A stretch of 64,000 bases of DNA from Bacilli bacterium. Its GTDB lineage: Bacteria > Bacillota_I > Bacilli_A > RFN20 > CAG-826. The stretch lies in assembly GCA_041669265.1 (NCBI GenBank), contig JBAYBM010000005.1:1444-65443 (forward strand). The letters are read 5' to 3'. The notes under the pieces are model-generated. The model ran no database searches, was not told where the DNA came from, and was given only the letters and a program-made list of their open reading frames with translations. Numbering within the stretch: position 1 is the stretch's first letter; each line of letters opens with the position of its first letter. Positions 9,678-19,099 of this stretch are shown one piece after another. The position numbers were made by a program, and so were the translations under genes.

Positions 9678-11099
9678 TTACTTATTTAGTTCTTCATCAA
9701 TTGCTTTAGCAGCCTTTTTACCAGCTCCCATAGCAAGTATAACTGTGGCAGCACCAGTTACGGCATCTCCACCAGCATAAACGTGATCTTTTGTAGTTAG
9801 TCCTTCTTCATTCTTTGTAAGAATACAACCATGTGGATTGACTTCAAGACCTTCTGTAGTTTGTTTAATTAATGGATTTGGTGAAGTACCAATAGCAATA
9901 ATTACACAATCAACATCTAACTCTTCATAGGTTCCTGTTCCAACTGGTTTTCTTCTTCCCTTTTCATCAGGAGCACCAAGTTCCATAACTTCAACTTTCA
10001 TTTTAGAAACTAATTTAGTAGCTGGATCACCATCTATTTCAACAGGATTTCTTAATAATCTGAAATCAATGCCTTCTTCCATAGCATGATGAACTTCTTC
10101 TTTACGAGCTGGAAGTTCTTCTAAACTTCTTCTATAAACAATATAAACATGCTCAGCACCTAATCTTAATGCACATCTTGCAGCATCCATAGCGACGTTT
10201 CCACCACCAACAACTGCTACATTCTTTGCATGTTCGATTGGAGTATCACTTCCATCTTTATATGCTTTCATTAAGTTCATACGAGTTAAAAACTCATTTG
10301 CACTATAAACACCTTTTAAGTTTTCACCAGGAATTCCCATAAATCTTGGTAATCCTGCGCCACTTCCTACAAATATTGCTTCAAAATGATATTCACTTAA
10401 TAATTCATCAATAGAAATAACTCTACCAATGACCATATTTGTTTCAACTTTAACACCTAAAGCTTTAAGTCCATCAACTTCCTTTTGAACAATTGCTTTT
10501 GGTAAACGGAATTCTGGAATACCATAAACAAGAACGCCACCAGCTAAATGTAAAGCTTCAAAAATTGTTACATCATAACCTTTTTTGGCTAAATCTCCAG
10601 CACAAGTTAATCCACTTGGACCGCTTCCAATTACAGCGACTTTATGCCCATTCTTTTTAATGTTTACTTTTGTATCTATAGCATGTGAATTATGATAATC
10701 AGCAACAAATCTTTCAAGTCTTCCAATAGCTACAGGTTCTTTTACCATTCCTGGTTTATTACCTAAACCACGAGTACAAGCTCCTTCACATTGACTTTCT
10801 TGAGGGCAAACTCTACCACAAACAGCAGGTAAAGAGCTTGATTCACTTATAATATCATATGCTTTTTCAAAATTTCCTAATGCTACTTCATGAATAAAAT
10901 CAGGAATATCAATATTAACAGGACAATGAGCAATACATGGTTTATTAGGACAACCTAAACAACGTTTTGCTTCATCTAAAGCCATTTCTTCAGTATATCC
11001 TGAAGTAACTTCCTTAAAATTATGAGCTCTTACTTTTGGATCTTGTGAAGGCATTGGATTCTTAGTAGGTCTCATGTTTGGTTTATATTCTTTATACAT
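9678..11099 (-). CDS. GltD-like NADPH-dependent FeS flavoprotein (database name: NADPH-dependent glutamate synthase, homotetrameric type; NfnB/SudA-like)
   Basis: 473 aa. Two Cys clusters (CLGCPNKPCIAHCP, CGRVCPQESQCEGAC) and two dinucleotide folds (VIGSGPSGL, VVGGGNVAMD). Confidence 0.85.
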   Translation of the reverse strand: MYKEYKPNMRPTKNPMPSQDPKVRAHNFKEVTSGYTEEMALDEAKRCLGCPNKPCIAHCPVNIDIPDFIHEVALGNFEKAYDIISESSSLPAVCGRVCPQESQCEGACTRGLGNKPGMVKEPVAIGRLERFVADYHNSHAIDTKVNIKKNGHKVAVIGSGPSGLTCAGDLAKKGYDVTIFEALHLAGGVLVYGIPEFRLPKAIVQKEVDGLKALGVKVETNMVIGRVISIDELLSEYHFEAIFVGSGAGLPRFMGIPGENLKGVYSANEFLTRMNLMKAYKDGSDTPIEHAKNVAVVGGGNVAMDAARCALRLGAEHVYIVYRRSLEELPARKEEVHHAMEEGIDFRLLRNPVEIDGDPATKLVSKMKVEVMELGAPDEKGRRKPVGTGTYEELDVDCVIIAIGTSPNPLIKQTTEGLEVNPHGCILTKNEEGLTTKDHVYAGGDAVTGAATVILAMGAGKKAAKAIDEELNK

Positions 11100-11101
11100 A
11101 A

Positions 11102-11944
11102 CTATTTAACCTCCTTTTTGAATAAATTACATGTTTCTTCATAAGCATGTCTTTCAAAAGGTTTATACATTGTATTTCTATCCATAGCACTATCAAAATC
11201 AACATCATAACCATTAAAATCTGGCCCATCCACACATGCGAATTTTGTTTGTCCGCCTACAGATAATCTACAACATCCACACATTCCAGTTCCATCAATC
11301 ATAATTGGATTCATGCTGACTGTACATGGAATATTATATTTTTGACAAGTTTTAACAACAAATTTCATCATAATAATAGGCCCAATTGCCATTACCATAT
11401 CAACTGTTTTATCACTTGCTAATATTTCATCTAAAGGAAGAGTTACAACACCCTTTCTTCCATAGGTTCCATCATCAGAAACAGGAACATAAATATCACT
11501 AACTTCTTTAAATTCATCTTCAAGAATAACTAATTCTTTATTTCTAAAACCGACAATTGAAGTAACTTTAGCACCGGCTTCATGATATCCTCTTGCAACT
11601 GGTAAAGCGATTGCACATCCAGCTCCACCACCAACAATAATGACATTCTTTTTACCTTCAACTGCGGTTGGTTTACCTAAAGGTCCAACGAAAGCAAAAA
11701 CTTCATCACCTTCATTTTTATGAGCTAATTTTAATGTAGTAACTCCTACAATTTGGAAAATAATTCCTACTGTTCCCTTTTTTCTATCATAGTCAGCAAC
11801 AGTTAATGGAATTCTTTCTCCACCTTCATCTGGAATTACAATAATAAATTGACCAGCTTTTGCTTTTTTGGCTACAAAAGGAGCATCAATTGATAAATAT
11901 ACCATTGTAGGATTTAATTCTCTCTTTTTTACAATTCTGTACAT
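11102..11944 (-). CDS. PyrK/SudB/NfnA-like FAD/NAD-binding 2Fe-2S subunit
   Basis: Ferredoxin-reductase fold plus the C-terminal GMCGCCR...C cluster. The ATG at 11944 is preceded by GGAGAAAG. The track start at 11992 would read through the upstream terminator. Confidence 0.8.
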   Translation of the reverse strand: MYRIVKKRELNPTMVYLSIDAPFVAKKAKAGQFIIVIPDEGGERIPLTVADYDRKKGTVGIIFQIVGVTTLKLAHKNEGDEVFAFVGPLGKPTAVEGKKNVIIVGGGAGCAIALPVARGYHEAGAKVTSIVGFRNKELVILEDEFKEVSDIYVPVSDDGTYGRKGVVTLPLDEILASDKTVDMVMAIGPIIMMKFVVKTCQKYNIPCTVSMNPIMIDGTGMCGCCRLSVGGQTKFACVDGPDFNGYDVDFDSAMDRNTMYKPFERHAYEETCNLFKKEVK

Positions 11945-11966
11945 ACTTTCTCCTATTAAACAAATA

Positions 11967-11990
11967 GCGATGGGTTCAAAAACCCATCGC
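11967..11990 (-). terminator. terminator of the Fe-ADH gene
   Basis: GCGATGGGTT-CAAA-AACCCATCGC; on the minus strand it is followed by TATTTGTTT. Confidence 0.7.
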
Positions 11991-12012
11991 ATATTATTCT
12001 ACAATTATTCTA

Positions 12013-13194
12013 TTAAAACTTACAAGGTTTGTTATAGTAACAACACTTAAATAATTCTTCCATTTGTTTTGGTGTAATTGGTTGTGGGTTTGTACTAGTA
12101 CAAGCATCAGCAACTGCGTTCTTGGAAATTTCTGGTAATTTTTCTAAGAATTCTTTTTCATTAACACCAAATTCTTGCATAGAATGTGGAATTCCAAGTT
12201 CATTATTCATTGAATGAATTTTATTAATTAAAGCTTGGGTTAATTCATGTGCATCTTCACCTTCTAAACCTAATGATTGAGCAATTTGAGCATATCTTTC
12301 AAGTGCTCTCTTATTGTTTGCATTATATTCAATAACATGTGGTAAATACATAGCATTTGCACATCCATGTGGAATATGTCCAGTTGAGAATGCAGCACCA
12401 GTCTTATGTGCCATTGAGTGAGTAATTCCAAGTAAGGCATTTGAGAAAGCCATACCAGCTATACATTGAGCATAGTGCATTTCTTCTCTAGCTTTTCCAT
12501 TTGGATCTTTATAAGAATCTAATAAATATGTGCAAACCATTTTGATTGCTTTTAAAGATAAGCATTCAGTAAATGGAGTAGCAATAGTTCCAACATATGA
12601 TTCAATAGCATGTGTTAAAGCATCCATTCCAGTATAAGCAACTTGCTTTTGTGGTAAAGAACGAACAATATCAGGATCAACAATAGCAACATCTGGAGTT
12701 ATTTCAAAATCAGCTAAAGGATATTTAATTCCTTTTTTATAATCAGTGATAACAGCAAATGAAGTAACTTCTGTTGCAGTTCCACTTGTAGAAGAAATGG
12801 CAACAAATTTAGCTTTTGTTCTTAACTTTGGGAAATTAAATGGAATGCATAAATCATCAAAAGTTACATTTGGATATTCATAAAATGCCCACATAGCTTT
12901 TGCAGCATCAATTGGTGAACCCCCGCCAATTGCAACAATCCAATCTGGTCCGAAGTTTCTCATAGCTTCAGCACCTTTCATAACTGTTTCAACAGATGGA
13001 TCTGGTTCAACACCTTCAAATAATTGAACTTCCATTCCAGCTTCTTTTAAATAAGCAATAGTCTTGTCAAGGAAACCACTTGCTTTCATTGCGTGTCCAC
13101 CACTAACAACGATTGCTTTTTTTCCTTTTAAATTTTTTAATTCGGCTAAACAGCCACTTCCATAATATACATCTCTAGGTAATGTGAATCTCAT
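12013..13194 (-). CDS. iron-containing (group III) alcohol dehydrogenase
   Basis: 393 aa with GGGSPIDAAKA and metal-ligand His motifs DALTHAIESY, HSMAHKTG and HGCANA. Confidence 0.85.
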   Translation of the reverse strand: MRFTLPRDVYYGSGCLAELKNLKGKKAIVVSGGHAMKASGFLDKTIAYLKEAGMEVQLFEGVEPDPSVETVMKGAEAMRNFGPDWIVAIGGGSPIDAAKAMWAFYEYPNVTFDDLCIPFNFPKLRTKAKFVAISSTSGTATEVTSFAVITDYKKGIKYPLADFEITPDVAIVDPDIVRSLPQKQVAYTGMDALTHAIESYVGTIATPFTECLSLKAIKMVCTYLLDSYKDPNGKAREEMHYAQCIAGMAFSNALLGITHSMAHKTGAAFSTGHIPHGCANAMYLPHVIEYNANNKRALERYAQIAQSLGLEGEDAHELTQALINKIHSMNNELGIPHSMQEFGVNEKEFLEKLPEISKNAVADACTSTNPQPITPKQMEELFKCCYYNKPCKF

Positions 13195-13216
13195 ATAAAT
13201 CCTCCTTCATGAATTC

Positions 13217-13293
13217 AGTATTTTTTTACCGACATTACTATTATATAAGAAAAACTATATCAAGTAAATACAAAGTTAGTATTTTTTTACCGA
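13217..13293 (-). repeat. two identical 16-nt direct repeats bracketing the Fe-ADH promoter region
   Basis: AGTATTTTTTTACCGA occurs at 13217-13232 and 13278-13293 (+ strand reading). One copy lies just upstream of the RBS and the other about 60 nt further upstream. Confidence 0.6.
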
Positions 13294-13302
13294 ATATATT
13301 TT

Positions 13303-13334
13303 AAATAAAAATCACTATCGTAAGACAGTGATTT
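13303..13334 (-). terminator. terminator of the ABC-importer/HAD operon
   Basis: 11-bp stem with one mismatch (AAATCACTATC / GACAGTGATTT) and a 4-nt loop. A T-rich tract follows on the minus strand. Confidence 0.6.
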
Positions 13335-13343
13335 CTTGTTATT

Positions 13344-14147
13344 TTATAAAACTTTTAAAATATTTTTTAAAGCGTATGTAACTCCATCATCTTTAACATC
13401 AATAGTTACATGTTTCGCTACTTTTTTGCATTCATCAATAGCATTTCCTAGAGCAGTTCCATTATAATGCTCAATCATTTCTGAATCATTATTATTATCG
13501 CCAAAGGTATAAACATCATTTTCATTTATATTTAAATATTTGACTAAATCTTCTATTCTTTCCAATTTAGAGGCGCCCTTTATTAGGATTTCGTAAAAAT
13601 TCACTGTACTTCTAGTTGGATGGAACTTTTTAAATTCTTCTTTTGTTAATGCTATATTTCTACTAATTTCACTTTCAGATGCAATCATGGTTTTATAAAT
13701 TTTAATATTAGAATTCCTATAATCTTTTTTATCAAACTCTATATGATTTTGAATCTTATTAACATCAAACTCATGTCGAGTCCATTTATCATCTGTAAAG
13801 GTAATCATGCCACTTGCATTATCATATGCATAAACACTTGTAGTAGGTAAATGACCATAATGATCATAAAGATAATATACTTCTTTTGGAGTCATAAACT
13901 TTTCACTTATAAGTTTCCCATCATATGTATATAATCCCGCACCATTTGCCACAATAGCATATTTTTCGCCATTACAAAATTCATCCAAATATTGTTTAAT
14001 TCCAGTATATGGGCGACCACTAGCTAAGCAAATTGCATTTCCGTTTTTAAGTAATTCGTTAATGGATTTAACGGTACTTAATGGAATATGCTTATCACCT
14101 CGTGGTAATATCGTGTCATCAATATCAAATACAAACAGTTTTTTCAT
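13344..14147 (-). CDS. Cof-type HAD-IIB phosphatase
   Basis: DxD motif FVFDIDDT and C-terminal GDNNND. The ATG at 14147 (MKKLFVFDID) lies 2 nt after the ATPase stop; the track start at 14171 overlaps that gene. Confidence 0.8.
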   Translation of the reverse strand: MKKLFVFDIDDTILPRGDKHIPLSTVKSINELLKNGNAICLASGRPYTGIKQYLDEFCNGEKYAIVANGAGLYTYDGKLISEKFMTPKEVYYLYDHYGHLPTTSVYAYDNASGMITFTDDKWTRHEFDVNKIQNHIEFDKKDYRNSNIKIYKTMIASESEISRNIALTKEEFKKFHPTRSTVNFYEILIKGASKLERIEDLVKYLNINENDVYTFGDNNNDSEMIEHYNGTALGNAIDECKKVAKHVTIDVKDDGVTYALKNILKVL

Positions 14148-14149
14148 TG

Positions 14150-15790
14150 TTATTTTAGAGAACCAGAGCAAACTAATTTCCCTGTTTTTCTATCATACAA
14201 TAATATTCCATTACTTTCAAAACTTACTTTGATTGATTCATCAAGTTTAAATGCTGCGCCACCAAACATAACTCCTGTAATTAAATATTCATCAATATTA
14301 ATTCTTACAGTAGTTTCCATTCCAGTTGGCATTGAACTATAAATAATTCCATCTAATTGACCTTTTTCATGACCAAATTTAATAAATTCTGGTCTAATTG
14401 CCAAAACAAAATCATCATTTTGAATAATATATTCATCGTCAACAGGATTTTCATTTACCATTGGAGTGTGATATTTAAAAGTTACATCTTTATTTGATTT
14501 TTCAACATAACCTTTATCTTTTTTCTTTTTATCATCAATTGCATTTTTCTCTTTAATTATCTTGTCTTCGTTTGCTCTCCACGCATCAAGATCTATTTTT
14601 TCATTTGGCACAAAAGTCAATTCTCTATCTTTAAAGAATTTAACTTTGATTGAACCATTTTTATCTTGTCTCACTTTTGTTTCGACAAAGTTAATTGAAG
14701 GATTGCCAACGAAATCGGCAACAAATAAATTGTTTGGTTTTTTATAGACTTCAAGAGGAGCATCATATTGTTGCAATACTCCATTATTTATAAGACAAAT
14801 TTTTGTTGCTAAAGTCATGGCTTCAAGTTGATCATGAGTAACATAAACGAAAGTTGAACCAGTAGAAGCATGTAATCTTTGTAATTCTCCACGCATTTCA
14901 AGACGTAATTTAGCATCAAGATTGGATAAAGGTTCATCCATAAATAAAACATGAGGAGCTGGAGCTAAAGTTCTAGCAATAGCAACTCTTTGTTGTTGTC
15001 CACCACTAAGTTCACTTGGATATCTATCCATGAATTCACCAATTTTAACTACTCTACTAACTCTTCTAACAGCTAAATCAATTTCTTCTTTATCAAGTTT
15101 TCTTTCTTTAATAACGGGCTTCCCGTCCTTAATAACTTCATAATTATCATTTAATTCAACGTTCTTTTTAGCATTCTTAAGTTGAATATCTTTCCACCTG
15201 TTTTCATAAGTTTTATAGATTTCATTTGCAGCTGAAACATAGTCTTCTTTTTCATTTAATTTGAAACCATAAATTTCTTTTGCTGTATACATTGAAATTT
15301 CATAGTTATCAACTAAATGGATAAGAACTTTTTTATCTTCAATATTTCCTTTTTTATCTGCACAATCTTTTATTAATTCAATTATTTCCTTTGGTTTTTT
15401 AAGAATTTGCATAATACGATTACAATTTTTTAAATCATAATCAATAATACTCATTTCTTCTTTAACATTTTTTAAACCAAATGAAATATTTTGATATACG
15501 GTCATATTTGGCCATAATGCATAGTTTTGAAATAAGAATCCTACTCTTCTCTTACTAGCTGGAACATTAATTCCTTGATTACTATCGAAAACAACATGAT
15601 CTCCAATAGTAATTTTTCCACTTGTTGGAGTTTCAAGACCAGCAATCATACGTAAAGTAGTTGTTTTACCACAACCTGAAGGTCCTAGTAAAGTAACAAA
15701 CGAATTATCATCCATTACTAAATTTAAATCATCAACACCATAGAAATTGTTCCATCTTTTGGTAACATGTTCTAATACAATTTTTGGCAT
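14150..15790 (-). CDS. ABC importer ATP-binding protein (MalK/PotA/FbpC-like) with a large insertion
   Basis: Walker A GPSGCGKTT, Q-loop FLFQNYALWP, signature LSGGQQQR, Walker B VLFMDEP and a C-terminal TOBE-like domain. About 120 extra residues sit between the Q-loop region and the signature. The ATG at 15790 is preceded by GGAGGA. Confidence 0.85.
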   Translation of the reverse strand: MPKIVLEHVTKRWNNFYGVDDLNLVMDDNSFVTLLGPSGCGKTTTLRMIAGLETPTSGKITIGDHVVFDSNQGINVPASKRRVGFLFQNYALWPNMTVYQNISFGLKNVKEEMSIIDYDLKNCNRIMQILKKPKEIIELIKDCADKKGNIEDKKVLIHLVDNYEISMYTAKEIYGFKLNEKEDYVSAANEIYKTYENRWKDIQLKNAKKNVELNDNYEVIKDGKPVIKERKLDKEEIDLAVRRVSRVVKIGEFMDRYPSELSGGQQQRVAIARTLAPAPHVLFMDEPLSNLDAKLRLEMRGELQRLHASTGSTFVYVTHDQLEAMTLATKICLINNGVLQQYDAPLEVYKKPNNLFVADFVGNPSINFVETKVRQDKNGSIKVKFFKDRELTFVPNEKIDLDAWRANEDKIIKEKNAIDDKKKKDKGYVEKSNKDVTFKYHTPMVNENPVDDEYIIQNDDFVLAIRPEFIKFGHEKGQLDGIIYSSMPTGMETTVRINIDEYLITGVMFGGAAFKLDESIKVSFESNGILLYDRKTGKLVCSGSLK

Positions 15791-15791
15791 A

Positions 15792-17624
15792 TTATTTTCC
15801 TCCACCAATTCCCTTATCTAGGGATGCACCAGTTAATTTATTAATTAAGAAATTACATAATAATATAAACACAACAAGAATTAAGTTAATACCACTTGAG
15901 AAGGCGTATAACCCCATTTCATCAAAGTAATCAAGTAAAGTTGTAATAATTTTTCCAGTACCACATAACATCATAAATAAGGTTAATTCTCTCATTGCTG
16001 TGATAAATGGTAATAAATATCCACTTAATATCGAGCTCTTTTGAATTGGAATTATTATCCTAAACATTCTCTTCCACCATGGCACTCGTTGAATAACAGC
16101 AGCTTCTTCAATTTCACCACTAATTTGCATCATTGCACTTAAAGATGCTCTACTTGCAAATGGAATATATTTAATAGTTCCTACCATAATTAATAAACCA
16201 AATGTATTCCAAATACCTAGGTTACTACCTAAAACGAAGAATGCAGCACCAACAGATAAGGAAGGTAATAAGTAAGGTAAGAAAGCTATATTATTTACAT
16301 AATTAGCAAACTTACTCTTTCTATTTTTAGATACACAATACCCAACTAATAAACCAATAGTTCCAGCGAGTAATGCGCAGCATACAGCAACTAAAACTGT
16401 TCCACCAAATGCCGTCCATATGCCTTCATTGTGTAATAAACCTAATTGGCCATACATTCCATTTTCTTCTCCAACAACATCGTTGGTCCACCATTTCGTA
16501 GTGAATTTACTATAATCTCCAGGATTTGCTAAGAATGTTTCTACAGCAAATGAAATAACTGGATATATTGAGGTAAAGAAGGTTCCAATTACTAATATAA
16601 CAGCAATTAAATATTTACCTACTTTACCAAGATTAACTAAACTTGCTTGTCCAGATTTTCCAGTAACTGTTGTATATTGTTTTCTACTACTTGTTGCTCT
16701 ATTATTTATTCCTAAAATAATAAAACCAATCATCATCATAATAATTGAAATAATACTACCTGTTCCTGGTCGGGCAACGTTTAAATCCATATATCTTGTA
16801 GCCAATGTGGCAAAACTAGTATTTGGTCCTGTTCCTAAATAATGTGGAACTGGATAAGATCCCATTGCACTTGAGAAAACAAGTAAAATAGTTGAAAGAA
16901 TAGCTGGCTTTACCATTGGTAAAGTAACATTAGTAAATATCTTCCATTTTGGAGTATTTAATATAGTTGCAGCCTCTTCAAGGTTTGCATCCATATTTCT
17001 AAAAATACCACCAATTAAAATATAAGCAAAAGGAGCGTAGTGTAATCCTAAAACTAATGCCGTTGGAAATAGTCCACAACACCACCATTCAGGCATATGT
17101 ATACCAAAAAAGTATGCCAAAGCCCCATCGGATGTTCCCATAATTGCATTACTATTAAATAAATTTTTCCAAACAACAGCTAAAGTCCATTGAGGCATAA
17201 TGTAAGGAAAAATGAATATTGAACTAATCCATTTTTTACATTTTAAATTTGTTCTTGTTACTAAATAAGCTACTAAACCACCAAAAACTACAGCAAATAA
17301 ACAACTTAATAATGAAAGTTCCATTGTATTAAGTAATGGCTGCCAGAAGTTCCTTTTTGCTAGTTTACCTGTAAATGCATCAATCCAATTACTAAAACTT
17401 AAAGCTCCACCATCAAGACCACTAACAACAATTTCAGTAGTTCCTTCATGGATAGTAAATGAATCAATTAAAACATCATATAAAGGCAAAATAGTAAAAA
17501 TAGTTAGTAAAACACCTAGAATTACAAGAATAAAATTTTGAGGTTTACTAAAATAATTCCCCATATGGTGCATTGTTTTAGTAAAACTATTTATTTGTTT
17601 TGTTTGTTCCATATTTTTTACCAC
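15792..17624 (-). CDS. fused two-domain ABC importer permease (FbpB/ThiP-type architecture)
   Basis: 610 aa, about 12 TM, with two EAA loops (EEAATILNTPKWKIF.., EEAAVIQRVPWWKRMF..). The start is uncertain: GTG at 17624 or ATG at 17612. Confidence 0.8.
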   Translation of the reverse strand: MVKNMEQTKQINSFTKTMHHMGNYFSKPQNFILVILGVLLTIFTILPLYDVLIDSFTIHEGTTEIVVSGLDGGALSFSNWIDAFTGKLAKRNFWQPLLNTMELSLLSCLFAVVFGGLVAYLVTRTNLKCKKWISSIFIFPYIMPQWTLAVVWKNLFNSNAIMGTSDGALAYFFGIHMPEWWCCGLFPTALVLGLHYAPFAYILIGGIFRNMDANLEEAATILNTPKWKIFTNVTLPMVKPAILSTILLVFSSAMGSYPVPHYLGTGPNTSFATLATRYMDLNVARPGTGSIISIIMMMIGFIILGINNRATSSRKQYTTVTGKSGQASLVNLGKVGKYLIAVILVIGTFFTSIYPVISFAVETFLANPGDYSKFTTKWWTNDVVGEENGMYGQLGLLHNEGIWTAFGGTVLVAVCCALLAGTIGLLVGYCVSKNRKSKFANYVNNIAFLPYLLPSLSVGAAFFVLGSNLGIWNTFGLLIMVGTIKYIPFASRASLSAMMQISGEIEEAAVIQRVPWWKRMFRIIIPIQKSSILSGYLLPFITAMRELTLFMMLCGTGKIITTLLDYFDEMGLYAFSSGINLILVVFILLCNFLINKLTGASLDKGIGGGK

Positions 17625-17630
17625 TTATAC

Positions 17631-17664
17631 AAACATAAGAGCGTTAGGTGACGCTCTTATGTTT
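17631..17664 (-). promoter_or_regulatory. intercistronic 13-bp stem-loop after the binding-protein gene
   Basis: AAACATAAGAGCG-TTAGGTGA-CGCTCTTATGTTT. The T7 run lies on the + strand side, which is antisense to the operon. Confidence 0.6.
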
Positions 17665-17691
17665 TTTTAAAATTAAATTAGCGAATTAGTA

Positions 17692-19002
17692 CTATAAAGT
17701 ATCAATCCAATCACCTAAGACAGCACTTACACTTGCAGCATAAGTAGAATCTTCAATAATTAATCTACCTTTGCCTTTTTCATTAGCAGTCCACCAGTCA
17801 TAACCTTTATCGTTTTTAACTGGATATTCATTAACTCCATCGACATAACCATCTTGGCTATGATCAAATGTAGCTTGAACTGTTGGTGAAGAAGAATAAC
17901 CACCCATATCTTTTCCCCATGGATAGAAGCCATCATGCTCTGTAACCATGAAGTTAATTAATGCACATGAAGTCCATGGATATGGTGATGTTTTTAAGAT
18001 TTGTAAATAGTGTTTATACATAAATCCACCAAATCCAACATAGTTATCTTGATAAGCAGCAACATTGATATATTTATTTGATGTAGCATCAGTTTCTTCT
18101 GTTGATCTAAATTTTGAATAAACAAGCAAACCTGCTTCTCCAGCACTTGATTTATTTGTTAAGTTCTTTGAAATTGGGCCATCATCTGTTTGTTCATTAA
18201 ATGAAGTTTGCCAGAGATAAATCCAAGCAAGAGAATATTTTGCATTAGCAGCTGTTAAACCAAATTCTTCAGCAACACCATCAACTGTTTTTAAGGCAGC
18301 ATCGAAATAAGTTTTATCGCCGGTATAAGAATCATATGCTTCTTTTACAACATCAGCATATTGTTCTTGAGTTAACATATATAAGAAGTTTTTACCAACT
18401 GGTTCACTATTTGGTGCCATAAATTGAGTCTTTTGTCCTTCAGCGACGAAATCCCAAACGTTAGTAAATTTAGTTCCATCAAGATTGTTATAGCAGAATA
18501 CTTTGTTTAATGATTGTAAAGCTAATGGCTCACCATCTTTTGCTTTAACACCATCCCATTCTTTTGGTATGTAATTTAATAAATACCCTGGATCTGTCAT
18601 TTTATTCTTAATTTGGTTGCCATCTTGAATAAGAGTCATTGCAATTGTGTGGTTTGTACCAGTTACATCTGCTTTGATTTGTGTAAATATACGGTTATTT
18701 TTTGGTTGAGTTGATGAGAAATTGAAATCAAAAGTTGAATCATAATTCTTTTGGCAATATTCTTTCCATGCAGGTGCAGAATCCTTCATACGTGAAGAGT
18801 TTGCAACAACTACATAGTCCTTACCATTAACTTCTTCCATGGCTTTTTTATATAAATCAGCCTTATCCATTTTTTCTGCTTCAGCAATAATGTCGGCAAC
18901 ACGAGTATCCTCGGTAGTTCCACCACTACTTGAACAAGAAGCAACACCTACTAACAATAGCATTGCGGCGCTTAAAGTTAGAATCCTATTAACATGTTTC
19001 AT
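17692..19002 (-). CDS. ABC importer substrate-binding lipoprotein
   Basis: Signal peptide with lipobox VASC. GGAGGA lies upstream of the ATG at 19002 (MKHVNRIL..). It is the first gene of the binding protein-permease-ATPase-HAD operon. Confidence 0.7.
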   Translation of the reverse strand: MKHVNRILTLSAAMLLLVGVASCSSSGGTTEDTRVADIIAEAEKMDKADLYKKAMEEVNGKDYVVVANSSRMKDSAPAWKEYCQKNYDSTFDFNFSSTQPKNNRIFTQIKADVTGTNHTIAMTLIQDGNQIKNKMTDPGYLLNYIPKEWDGVKAKDGEPLALQSLNKVFCYNNLDGTKFTNVWDFVAEGQKTQFMAPNSEPVGKNFLYMLTQEQYADVVKEAYDSYTGDKTYFDAALKTVDGVAEEFGLTAANAKYSLAWIYLWQTSFNEQTDDGPISKNLTNKSSAGEAGLLVYSKFRSTEETDATSNKYINVAAYQDNYVGFGGFMYKHYLQILKTSPYPWTSCALINFMVTEHDGFYPWGKDMGGYSSSPTVQATFDHSQDGYVDGVNEYPVKNDKGYDWWTANEKGKGRLIIEDSTYAASVSAVLGDWIDTL

Positions 19003-19099
19003 AAATATGATATTTCCTCCTAGCATGTTTTAGGCAAAATGAAAACACTTTTGTACTCAAACGAATTACAAACAAACATTTTTTCAAATTGCTAAACAT

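Noticed and set aside
11868-12050. 60-aa + strand ORF spanning the nfnA-like start and the ADH terminator.
   Set aside because: It is antisense to two well-supported genes and a terminator hairpin. Its low-complexity composition is typical of AT-rich antisense frames, and it has no RBS.
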